Source: Balanoglossus misakiensis (Eukaryota; Animalia; Hemichordata). From it: DNA of 64,000 nucleotides. This document shows, piece by piece, positions 52,201-64,000 of this stretch (position 1 is the first letter of the stretch; each line of letters opens with the position of its first letter). Below the pieces are notes generated by a model that saw nothing but the letters and a program-made list of their open reading frames with translations, did not search any database and was not told the DNA's origin. The stretch is taken from assembly GCA_040954595.2 (NCBI GenBank), contig CM082588.2, forward strand, positions 8,788,844 to 8,852,843, in the 5' to 3' direction. Made by a program: the position numbers and the translations under genes.

Positions 52201-55200
52201 CTTGAGCTTGGTCCCGCCGAGGTAGTGGGGAGACGTCGCACACTAGCTGCCCTTCCTTCCCCTGTTCCCATGCGTTATATACCACGCCTGCTTAAAGGAC
52301 ACCGACTTAGCGCGTTGTCTTTCTCATTCGGCGGGGACTCTAGCTTGGTCCCGCCGAGGTAACAGGGAGACGTCACACACTAGCTGCACTTCCTTCCCCT
52401 GTTCCCATGCGTTATATACCACGCCTGCTTAAAGGACACCGACTTAGCACGTTGTCTTTCTAATTCGGCGGGGACTTGAGCTTGGTCCCGCCGAGGTAAC
52501 CGGGACACGACGCACACTAGCTGCCCTTCCTTCCCCTATTCCCATGCGTTATATACCACGCCTGCTTAAAGGACACCGACTTAACGCGTTGTCTTTCTAA
52601 TTCGGCGGGGACTTGAGCTTGGTCCCGCCGAGGTAACCGGGAGACGTCGCACACTAGCTGCCCTTCCTTCCCCTGTTCCCATGCGTTATATATCACGCCT
52701 GCTTAAAGGACACCGACTTAGCGCGTTGTCTTTTTAATTCGGCGGAGAATTGAGCTTGGTCCCGCCGAGGTAGTGGGGAGACGTCGCACACTAGCTGCCC
52801 TTCCTTCCCCTGTTCCAATGCGTTATATACCGCGCCTTCTTAAGGACACAGACTTTGCGCATTGTCTCTCTTATTCGGCGGGGACTTGAGCTTGGTCCCG
52901 CCGAGGTAACCGGGAGACGTCGCACACTAGCTGCCCTTCCTTTTCCTGTTCCCATGCGTTATATACCACACCTGCTTAAAGGACACCGACTTAGCGCGAT
53001 GTCTTTCTAATTCGGCGGGGACTTGAGCTTGGTCCCGCCGAGGTAACAGGGGAGACGTCGCACACTAGCTGCACTTCCTTTCCCTGTTCCCATGCGTTAT
53101 ATACCACGCCTGCTTAAAGGACACCGACTTAGCACGTTGTCTTTTTAATTCGGCGGGGACTTGAGCTTGGTCCCGCCGAGGTAGCCGGGAGACGTCGCAC
53201 ACTAGCTGCCCTTCCTTCTCTTGTTCCCATGCGTTATATACCACGCCTGCTTAAAGGACACCGACTTAGCGTGTTGTCTTTCTAATTCTGCGGGGACTTG
53301 AGCTTGGTCCCGCCGCGGTAGCAGGGAGACGTCGCACACTAGCTGCACTTCCTTCCCCTGTTCCCATGCGTTATATACCACGCCTGCTTAAAGGACACCG
53401 ACTTGGCGCGTTGTCTTTCTAATTCGGCGGGGACTTGAGCTTGGTCTCGCCGAGGTAACCGGGAGACGTCGCACACTAGCTGCCTTTCCTTCCCCTGTTC
53501 CCGTGCGTTATATACCACGCCTGCTTAAAGGACACCGACTTAGCGTGTTGTCTTTCTAATTCTGCGGGGACTTGAGCTTGGTCCCGTCGCGGTAGCAGGG
53601 AGACGTCGCACACTAGCTGCACTTCCTTCCCCTGTTCCCATGCGTTATATACCACGCCTGCTTAAAGGACACCGACTTGGCGCGTTGTCTTTCTAATTCG
53701 GCGGGGACTTGAGCTTGGTCTCGCCGAGGTAGCCGGGAGACGTCGCACACTAGCTGCCCTTCCTTCTCTTGTTCCCATGCGTTATATACCACGCCTGCTT
53801 AAAGGACACCGACTTGGCGCGTTGTCTTTCTAATTAGGCGGGGACTTGATCTTGGTCTCGCCGAGGTAACCGGGAGACGTCGCACACTAGCTGCCCTTCC
53901 TTCCCCTGTTCCAATGCGTTATATACCGCGCCTTCTTAAGGACACAGACTTTGCGCATTGTCTCTCTTATTCGGCGGGGACTTGAGCTTGGTCCCGCCGA
54001 GGTAACCGGGAGACGTCGCACACTAGCTGCCCTTCCTTTTCCTGTTCCCATGCGTTATATACCACACCTGCTTAAAGGACACCGACTTAGCGCGTTGTCT
54101 TTTTAATTCGGCGGAGAATTGAGCTTGGTCCCGCCGAGGTAGTGGGGAGACGTCGCACACTAGCTGCCCTTCCTTCCCCTGTTCCAATGCGTTATATACC
54201 GCGCCTTCTTAAGGACACAGACTTTGCGCATTGTCTCTCTTATTCGGCGGGGACTTCAGCTTGGTCCTGCCGAGGTAACCGGGAGACGTCGCACACTAGC
54301 TGCCCTTCCTTTTCCTGTTCCCATGCGTTATATACCACACCTGCTTAAAGGACACCGACTTAGCGCGATGTCTTTCTAATTCGGCGGGGACTTGAGCTTG
54401 GTCCCGCCGAGATAACAGGGGAGACGTCGCACACTAGCTGCACTTCCTTCCCCTGTTCCCATGCGTTATATACCACGCCTGCTTAAAGGACACCGACTTA
54501 GCACGTTGTCTTTTTAATTCGGCGGGGACTTGAGCTTGGTCCCGCCGAGGTAGCCGGGAGACGTCGCACACTAGCTGCCGTTCCTTCTCTTGTTCCCATG
54601 CGTTATAAACCACGCCTTCTTAAAGGACACCGACTTAGCGCGTTGTCTTTCTAATTCGGCGGGGACTTGAGCTTGGTCCCGACGAGGTAACAGGGAGACG
54701 TCGCACACTAGCTGCACTTCCTTCCCCTGTTCCCATGCGTTATATACCACGCCTGCTTAAAGGACACCGACTTAGCACGTTGTCTTTCTAATTCGGCGGG
54801 GACTTGAGCTTGGTCCCGCCGAGGTAACCGGGACACGACGCACACTAGCTGCCCTTCCTTCCCCTATTCCCATGCGTTATATACCACGCCTGCTTAAAGG
54901 ACACCGACTTAGCGCGTTGTCTTTCTAATTCGGCGGGGACTTGAGCTTGGTCCCGCCGAGGTAACCGGGAGACGTCGCACACTGGCTGCCCTTCCTTCCC
55001 CTGTTCCCATGCGTTATATATCACGCCTGTTTAAAGGACACCGACTTAGCGCGTTGTCTTTCTAATTCGGCGGGGACTTGAGCTTGGTCCCGCCGAGGTA
55101 ACAGGGGAGACGTCGCACACTAGCTGCACTTCCTTCCCCTGTTCCAATGCGTTATATACCGCGCCTTCTTAAGGACACAGACTTTGCGCATTGTCTCTCT

Positions 55201-57560
55201 TATTCGGCGGGGACTTGAGCTTGGTCCCGCCGAGGTAACCGGGAGACGTCGCACACTAGCTGCCCTTCCTTTTCCTGTTCCCATACGTTATATACCACGC
55301 CTGCTTAAAGGACACCGACTTAGCGCGTTGTCTTTTTAATTCGGCGGAGAATTGAGCTTGGTCCCGCCGAGGTAGTGGGGAGACGTCGCACACTAGCTGC
55401 CCTTCCTTCCCCTGTTCCAATGCGTTATATACCGCGCCTTCTTAAGGACACAGACTTTGCGCATTGTCTCTCTTATTCGGCGGGAACTTGAGCTTGGTCC
55501 TGCCGAGGTAACCGGGAGACGTCGCACACTAGCTGCCCTTCCTTTTCCTGTTCCCATGCGTTATATACCACACCTGCTTAAAGGACACCGACTTAGCGCG
55601 ATGTCTTTCTAATTCGGCGGGGACTTGAGCTTGGTCCCGCCGAGATAACAGGGGAGACGTCGCACACTAGCTGCACTTCCTTCCCCTGTTCCCATGCGTT
55701 ATATACCACGCCTGCTTAAAGGACACCGACTTAGCACGTTGTCTTTTTAATTCGGCGGGGACTTGAGCTTGGTCCCGCCGAGGTAGCCGGGAGACGTCGC
55801 ACACTAGCTGCCGTTCCTTCTCTTGTTCCCATGCGTTATATACCACGCCTGCTTAAAGGACACCGACTTAGCGCCTTGTCTTTCTAATTCGGCGGGGACT
55901 TGAGCTTGGTCCCGACGAGGTAACAGGGAGACGTCGCACACTAGCTGCACTTCCTTCCCCTGTTCCCATGCGTTATATACCACGCCTGCTTAAAGGACAC
56001 CGACTTAGCACGTTGTCTTTCTAATTCGGCGGGGACTTGAGCTTGGTCCCGCCGAGGTAACCGGGACACGACGCACACTAGCTGCCCTTCCTTCCCCTAT
56101 TCCCATGCGTTATATACCACGCCTGCTTAAAGGACACCGACTTAGCGCGTTGTCTTTCTAATTCGGCGGGGACTTGAGCTTGGTCCCGCCGAGGTAACCG
56201 GGAGACGTCGCACACTGGCTGCCCTTCCTTCCCCTGTTCCCATGCGTTATATATCACGCCTGTTTAAAGGACACCAACTTAGCGCGTTGTCTTTCTAATT
56301 CGGCGGGGACTTGAGCTTGGTCCCGCCGAGGTAGTGGGGAGAAGTCGCACACTATCTGCCCTTCCTTCCCCTGTTCCAATGCGTTATAAACCGCGCCTTC
56401 TTAAGGACACAGACTTTGCGCATTGTCTCTCTTATTCGGCGGGGACTTGAGCTTGGTCCCGCCGAGGTAACCGGGAGACGTCGCACACTAGCTGCCCTTC
56501 CTTTTCCTGTTCCCATGCGTTATATACCACACCTGCTTAAAGGACACCGACTTAGCACGTTGTCTTTCTAATTCGGCGGGGACTTGAGCTTGGTCCCGCC
56601 GAGGTAACCGGGAGATGTCGCACACTAGCTGCCCTTCCTTCCCCTGTTCCAATGCATTATATACCACGCCTGCTTAAAGGACACCAACTTAGCGCCTTGT
56701 CTTTATAATTCTGTGAGGACTTGAGCTTGGTTCCGCAGAGGCAGCCAGGACACGACGCACACTAGCTGCCCTTCCTTCCCCTGTTCCCATGCGTTATATA
56801 TCACGCCTGTTTAAAGGACACCGACTTATCGCGTTGTCTTTCTAATTTGGCGGGGACTTGAGCTTGGTCCCGCCGAGGTAGTGGGGAGACGTCGCACACT
56901 AGCTGCCCTTCCTTCCCCTGTTCCCATGCGTTATATCCCACGCCTGCTTAAAGGACACCGACTTAGCGCGTTGTCTTTCTAATTCGGCGGGGACTTGAGC
57001 TTGGTCCCGCCGAGGTAACAGGGAGACGTCGCACACTAGCTGCACTTCCTTCCCCTGTTCCCATGCGTTATATACCACGCCTGCTTAAAGGACACCGACT
57101 TAGCGCGTTGTCTTTCTAATTCGGCGGGGACTTGAGCTTGGTCCCGCCGAGGTAACCGGGAGACGTCGCACACTAGCTGCCCTTCCTTCCCCTGTTCCCA
57201 TGCGTTATATATCACGCCTGTTTAAAGGAAACCGACTTAGCGCGTTGTCTTTCTATTTCGGCGGGGACTTGAGCTTGGTCCCGCCGAAGCAGTGGGGAGA
57301 CGTCGCACACTAGCTGCCCTTCCTTCCCCTGTTCCAATGCGTTATATACCGCGCCTTCTTAAGGACACAGACTTTGCGCATTGTCTTTCTAATTCGGCGG
57401 GGACTTGAGCTTGGTCCCGCCGAGGTAACCGGGAGATGTCGCACACTAGCTGCCCTTCCTTCCCCTGTTCCAATGCATTATATACCACGCCTGCTTAAAG
57501 GACACCAACTTAGCGCCTTGTCATTATAATTCTGTGGGGACTTGAGCTTGGTTCCGCAGA
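28300..57560. repeat. Higher-order repeat domain: ~57-monomer (7.8 kb) unit with 63-mer and 38-mer variants
   Basis: The private variant aattAggcgg occurs at 32211, 40833, 48635 and 53836 (spacings 8622, 7802, 5201). Identical spacings are seen for the gacttCagc variant (ORF-track hits at 32517, 41139, 48941, 54142). Domain edges are approximate. Confidence 0.9.
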
Positions 57561-60500
57561 GGCAGCCAGGACACGACGCACACTAGCTGCCCTTCCTTCC
57601 CCTGTTCCCATGCGTTATATATCACGCCTGTTTAAAGGACACCGACTTATCGCGTTGTCTTTCTAATTCGGCGGGGACTTGAGCTTGGTCCCGCCGAGGT
57701 AGTGGGGAGACGTCGCACACTAGCTGCCCTTCCTTCCCCTGTTCCCATGCGTTATATACCACGCCTGCTTAAAGGACACCGACTTAGCGCGTTGTCTTTC
57801 TAATTCGGCGGGGACTTGAGCTTGGTCCCGCCGAGGTAACAGGGAGACGTCGCACACTAGCTGCACTTCCTTCCCCTGTTCCCATGCGTTATATACCACG
57901 CCTGCTTAAAGGACACCGACTTAGCACGTTGTCTTTCTAATTCGGCGGGGACTTGAGCTTGGTCCCGCCGAGGTAACCGGGACACGACGCACACTAGCTG
58001 CCCTTCCTTCCCCCTATTCCCATGCGTTATATACCACGCCTGCTTAAAGGACACCGACTTAGCGCGTTGTCTTTCTAATTCGGCGGGGACTTGAGCTTGG
58101 TCCCGCCGAGGTAACCGGGAGACGTCGCACACTAGCTGCCCTTCCTTCCCCTGTTCCCATGCGTTATATATCACGCCTGTTTAAAGGAAACCGACTTAGC
58201 GCGTTGTCTTTCTAATTCGGCGGGGACTTGAGCTTGGTCCCGCCGAAGCAGTGGGGAGACGTCGCACACTAGCTGCCCTTCCTTCCCCTGTTGCAATGCG
58301 TTATATACCGCGCCTTCTTAAGGACACAGACTTTGCGCATTGTCTCTCTTATTCGGCGGGGACTTGAGCTTGGTCCCGCCGAGGTAACCGGGAGACGTCG
58401 CACACTAGCTGCCCTTCCTTTTCCTGTTCCCATGCGTTATATACCACACCTGCTTAAAGGACACCGACTTAGCGCGATGTCTTTCTAATTCGGCGGGGAC
58501 TTGAGCTTGGTCCCGCCGCGGTAACAGGGGAGACGTCGCACACTAGCTGCACTTCCTTCCCCTGTTCCCATGCGTTTTATACCATGCCTGCTTAAAGGAC
58601 ACCGACTTAGCACGTTGTCTTTTTAATTCGGCGGGGACTTGAGCTTGGTCCCGCCGAGGTAGCCAGGAGACGTCGCACACTAGCTGCCCTTCCTTCTCTT
58701 GTTCCCATGCGTTATATACCACGCCTGCTTAAAGGACACCGACTTAGCGTGTTGTCTTTCTAATTCTGCGGAGACTTGAGCTTGGTCCCGCCGAGGTAGT
58801 TGGGAGACGTCGCACACTAGCTGCCCTTCCTTCCCCTGTTCCCATGCGTTATATCCCACGCCTGCTTAAAGGACACCGACTTAGCGCGTTGTCTTTCTAA
58901 TTCGGCGGGGACTTGAGCTTGGTCCCGACGAGGTAACAGGGAGACGTCGCACACTAGCTGCACTTCCTTCCCCTGTTCCCATGCGTTATATACCACGCCT
59001 GCTTAAAGGACACCGACTTAGCACGTTGTCTTTCTAATTCGGCGGGGACTTGAGCTTGGTCCCGCCGAGGTAACCGGGACACGACGCACACTAGCTGCCC
59101 TTCCTTCCCCTATTCCCATGCGTTATATACCACGCCTGCTTAAAGGACACCGACTTAGCGCGTTGTCTTTCTAATTCGGCGGGGACTTGAGCTTGGTCCC
59201 GCCGAGGTAACCGGGAGACGTCGCACACTGGCTGCCCTTCCTTCCCCTGTTCCCATGCGTTATATATCACGCCTGTTTAAAGGACACCGACTTAGCGCGT
59301 TGTCTTTCTAATTCGGCGGGGACTTGAGCTTGGTCCCGCCGAGGTAGTGGGGAGAAGTCGCACACTATCTGCCCTTCCTTCCCCTGTTCCAATGCGTTAT
59401 ATACCGCGCCTTCTTAAGGACACAGACTTTGCGCATTGTCTCTCTTATTCGGCGGGGACTTGAGCTTGGTCCCGCCGAGGTAACCGGGAGACGTCGCACA
59501 CTAGCTGCCCTTCCTTTTCCTGTTCCCATGCGTTATATACCACACCTGCTTAAAGGACACCGACTTAGCACGTTGTCTTTCTAATTCGGCGGGGACTTGA
59601 GCTTGGTCCCGCCGAGGTAACCGGGAGATGTCGCACACTAGCTGCCCTTCCTTCCCCTGTTCCAATGCATTATATACCACGCCTGCTTAAAGGACACCAA
59701 CTTAGCGCCTTGTCTTTATAATTCTGTGGGGACTTGAGCTTGGTTCCGCAGAGGCAGCCAGGACACGACGCACACTAGCTGCCCTTCCTTCCCCTGTTCC
59801 CATGCGTTATATATCACGCCTGTTTAAAGGACACCGACTTATCGCGTTGTCTTTCTAATTCGGCGGGGACTTGAGCTTGGTCCCGCCGAGGTAGTGGGGA
59901 GACGTCGCACACTAGCTGCCCTTCCTTCCCCTGTTCCCATGCGTTATATACCACGCCTGCTTAAAGGACACCGACTTAGCGCGTTGTCTTTCTAATTCGG
60001 CGGGGACTTGAGCTTGGTCCCGCCGAGGTAACAGGGAGACGTCGCACACTAGCTGCACTTCCTTCCCCTGTTCCCATGCGTTATATACCACGCCTGCTTA
60101 AAGGACACCGACTTAGCACGTTGTCTTTTTAATTCGGCGGGGACTTGAGCTTGGTCCCGCCGAGGTAACCGGGACACGACGCACACTAGCTGCCCTTCCT
60201 TCCCCCTATTCCCATGCGTTATATACCACGCCTGCTTAAAGGACACCGACTTAGCGCGTTGTCTTTCTAATTCGGCGGGGACTTGAGCTTGGTCCCGCCG
60301 AGGTAACCGGGAGACGTCGCACACTAGCTGACCTTCCTTCCCCTGTTCCCATGCGTTATATATCACGCCTGTTTAAAGGACACCGACTTAGCGCGTTGTC
60401 TTTCTAATTCGGCGGGGACTTGAGCTTGGTCCCGCCGAAGCATTGGGGAGACGTCGCACACTAGCTGCCCTTCCTTCCCCTGTTCCAATGCGTTATATAC

Positions 60501-63500
60501 CGCGCCTTCTTAAGGACACAGACTTTGCGCATTGTCTCTCTTATTCGGCGGGGACTTGAGCTTGGTCCCGCCGAGGTAACCGGGAGACGTCGCACACTAG
60601 CTGCCCTTCCTTTTCCTGTTCCCATGCGTTATATACCACACCTGCTTAAAGGACACCGACTTAGCGCGATGTCTTTCTAATTCGGCGGGGACTTGAGCTT
60701 GGTCCCGCCGAGGTAACAGGGGAGACGTCGCACACTAGCTGCACTTCCTTCCCCTGTTCCCATGCGTTATATACCACGCCTGCTTAAAGGACACCGACTT
60801 AGCACGTTGTCTTTTTAATTCGGCGGGGACTTGAGCTTGGTCCCGCCGAGGTAGCCGGGAGACGTCGCACACTAGCTGCCCTTCCTTCTCTTGTTCCCAT
60901 GCGTTATATACCACGCCTGCTTAAAGGACACCGACTTAGCGTGTTGTCTTTCTAATTCTGCGGGGACTTGAGCTTGGTCCCGCCGCGGTAGCAGGGAGAC
61001 GTCGCACACTAGCTGCACTTCCTTCCCCTGTTCCCATGCGTTATATACCACGCCTGCTTAAAGGACACCGACTTGGCGCGTTGTCTTTCTAATTCGGCGG
61101 GGACTTGAGCTTGGTCCCGCCGAGGTAGCCGGGAGACGTCGCACACTAGCTGCCCTTCCTTCTCTTGTTCCCATGCGTTATATACCACGCCTGCTTAAAG
61201 GACACCGACTTGGCGCGTTGTCTTTCTAATTCGGCGGGGACTTGATCTTGGTTTCGCCGAGGTAACCGGGAGACGTCGCACACTAGCTGCCCTTCCTTTT
61301 CCTGTTCCCATGCGTTATATACCACACCTGCTTAAAGGACACCGACTTAGCGCGTTGTCTTTCTAATTCGGCGGGGACTTGAGCTTGGTCCCGCAGAGGT
61401 AACAGGGGAGACGTCGCACACTAGCTGCACTTCCTTCCCCTGTTCCCATGCGTTATATACCACGCCTGCTTAAAGGACACCGACTTAGCACGTTGTCTTT
61501 TTAATTCGGCGGGGACTTGAGCTTGGTCCCGCCGAGGTAGCCGGGAGACGTCGCACACTAGCTGCCCTTCCTTCTCTTGTTCCCATGCGTTATATACCAC
61601 GCCTGCTTAAAGGACACCGACTTAGCGTGTTGTCTTTCTAATTCGGTGGGGACTTGAGCTTGGTCCCGCCGAGGTAACCGGGAGATGTCGCACACTAGCT
61701 GCCCTTCCTTCCCCTGTTTCCATGCGTTATATACCACGCCTGCTTAAAGGACACAGACTTAGCGCGTTGTCTTTCTAATTCGGCGGGGACTTGAGCTTGG
61801 TCCCGCCGAGGTAACAGGGAGACGTCGCACACTAGCTGCACTTCCTTTCCATGTTCCCATGCGTTATATACCACGCCTGCTTAAAGGACACCGACTTAGC
61901 ACGTTGTCTTTCTAATTCGGCGGGGACTTGAGCTTGGTCCCGCCGAGGTAACCGGGACACGACGCACACTAGCTGCCCTTCCTTCCCCTATTCCCATGCG
62001 TTATATACCACGCCTGCTTAAAGGACACCGACTTAGCGCGTTGTCTTTCTAATTCGGCGGGGACTTGAGCTTGGTCCCGCCGAGGTAACCGGGAGACGTC
62101 GCACACTAGCTGCACTTCCTTCCCCTGTTCCCATGCGTTATATACCACGCCTGCTTAAAGGACACCGACTTGGCGCGATGTCTTTCTAATTCGGCGGGGA
62201 CTTGAGCTTGGTCCCGCCGAGGTAACAGGGGAGACGTTTCACACTATCTGCCCTTCCTTCCCCTGTTCCAATGCGTTATATACCGCGCCTTCTTAAGGAC
62301 ACAGACTTTGCGCATTGTCTCTCTTATTCGGCGGGGACTTGAGCTTGGTCCCGCCGAGGTAACCGGGAGACGTCGCACACTAGCTGCCCTTCCTTTTCCT
62401 GTTCCCATGCGTTATATACCACGCCTGCTTAAAGGACACCGACTTAGCGTGTTGTCTTTCTAATTCTGCGGGGACTTGAGCTTGGTCCCGCCGAGGTAGT
62501 GGGGAGACGTCGCACACTAGCTGCCCTTCCTTCCCTGTTCCCATGCGTTATATACCACGCCTGCTTAAAGGACACCGACTTAGCGCGTTGTCTTTCTCAT
62601 TCGGCGGGGACTTGAGCTTGGTCCCGCCGAGGTAACAGGGAGACGTCGCACACTAGTTGCACTTCCTTCCCCTGTTCCAATGCGTTATATACCACGCCTG
62701 CTTAAAGGACACCGACTTAGCACGTTGTCTTTCTAATTCGGCGGGGACTTGAGCTTGGTCCCGCCGAGGTAACCGGGACACGACGCACACTAGCTGCCCT
62801 TCCTTCCCCTATTCCCATGCGTTATATACCACGCCTGCTTAAAGGACACCGACTTAGCGCGTTGTCTTTCTAATTCGGCGGGGACTTGAGCTTGGTCCCG
62901 CCGAGGTAACCGGGAGACGTCGCACACTAGCTGCCCTTCCTTCCCCTGTTCCCATGCGTTATATATCACGCCTGCTTAAAGGACACCGACTTAGCGCGTT
63001 GTCTTTTTAATTCGGCGGAGAATTGAGCTTGGTCCCGCCGAGGTAGTGGGGAGACGTCGCACACTAGCTGCCCTTCCTTCCCCTGTTCCAATGCGTTATA
63101 TACCGCGCCTTCTTAAGGACACAGACTTTGCGCATTGTCTCTCTTATTCGGCGGGGACTTGAACTTGGTCCCGCCGAGGTAACCGGGAGACGTCGCACAC
63201 TAGCTGCCCTTCCTTTTCCTGTTCCCATGCGTTATATACCACACCTGCTTAAAGGACACCGACTTAGCGCGATGTCTTTCTAATTCGGCGGGGACTTGAG
63301 CTTGGTCCCGCCGAGGTAACAGGGGAGACGTCGCACACTAGCTGCACTTCCTTTCCCTGTTCCCATGCGTTATATACAACGCCTGCTTAAAGGACACCGA
63401 CTTAGCACGTTGTCTTTTTAATTCGGCGGGGACTTGAGCTTGGTCCCGCCGAGGTAGCCGGGAGACATCGCACACTAGCTGCCCTTCCTTCTCTTGTTCC

Positions 63501-64000
63501 CATGCGTTATATACCACGCCTGCTTAAAGGACACCGACTTAGCACGTTGTCTTTTTAATTCGGCGGGGACTTGAGCTTGGTCCCGCCGAGGTAGCCGGGA
63601 GACGTCGCACACTAGCTGCCCTTCCTTCTCTTGTTCCCATGCGTTATATACCACGCCTGCTTAAAGGACACCGACTTAGCGTGTTGTCTTTCTAATTCTG
63701 CGGGGACTTGAGCTTGGTCCCGCCGCGGTAGCAGGGAGACGTCGCACACTAGCTGCACTTCCTTCCCCTGTTCCCATGCGTTATATACCACGCCTGCTTA
63801 AAGGACACCGACTTGGCGCGTTGTCTTTCTAATTCGGCGGGGACTTGAGCTTGGTCCCGCCGAGGTAGCCGGGAGACGTCGCACACTAGCTGCCCTTCCT
63901 TCTCTTGTTCCCATGCGTTATATACCACGCCTGCTTAAAGGACACCGACTTGGCGCGTTGTCTTTCTAATTCGGCGGGGACTTGATCTTGGTCTCGCCGA

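Larger units (their letters stand above)
10059..64000. repeat. 137-bp satellite array (~390 monomers, head-to-tail, runs off the window end)
   Basis: Consensus ttcccatgcgttatataccacgcctgcttaaaggacaccgacttagcgcgttgtctttctaattcggcggggacttgagcttggtcccgccgaggtaaccgggagacgtcgcacactagctgcccttccttcccctg. ttatatacca at 10081 and 10218 gives the period. 136- and 138-bp subtypes exist. About 57% GC with 12 CpG per consensus monomer (hand count). Confidence 0.99.

Noticed and set aside
10129-60366. ORF-track peptides in the satellite (MGRRRTLAALP..., MIYNAWEQGKE...)
   Set aside because: 137 is not a multiple of 3 and stops recur in every monomer or two. These ORFs arise from single variants and are useful only as HOR markers.
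10059-64000. CRISPR-like array (hairpin-containing repeats)
   Set aside because: No unique spacers: whole monomers repeat. No cas-like genes, and the context is eukaryotic.

Overview
Eukaryotic, repeat-rich genomic DNA; the AT-rich flank and MITE styles suggest a marine invertebrate (inference only). Bases 1-10058 are AT-rich. They hold a ~350-395 bp tandem repeat carrying an exon-like cassette, micro- and minisatellites, and several non-autonomous DNA transposon relics. They also hold one recognisable coding exon that the ORF track misses: the terminal exon of a xanthine dehydrogenase/aldehyde oxidase (XDH/AOX) gene on the minus strand (8871-9041), which retains the catalytic Glu motif. From 10059 to the window end lies a GC/CpG-rich 137-bp satellite of about 390 monomers. 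It has hairpin-forming monomers, nested higher-order repeats (8-mer, 16-mer, 18-mer, ~57-mer) and one 423-bp transposon insertion with a 9-bp TSD. No upstream XDH exon is visible, so the array of about 54 kb or more appears to fill the gene's last intron. All ORF-track entries inside repeats are judged spurious.
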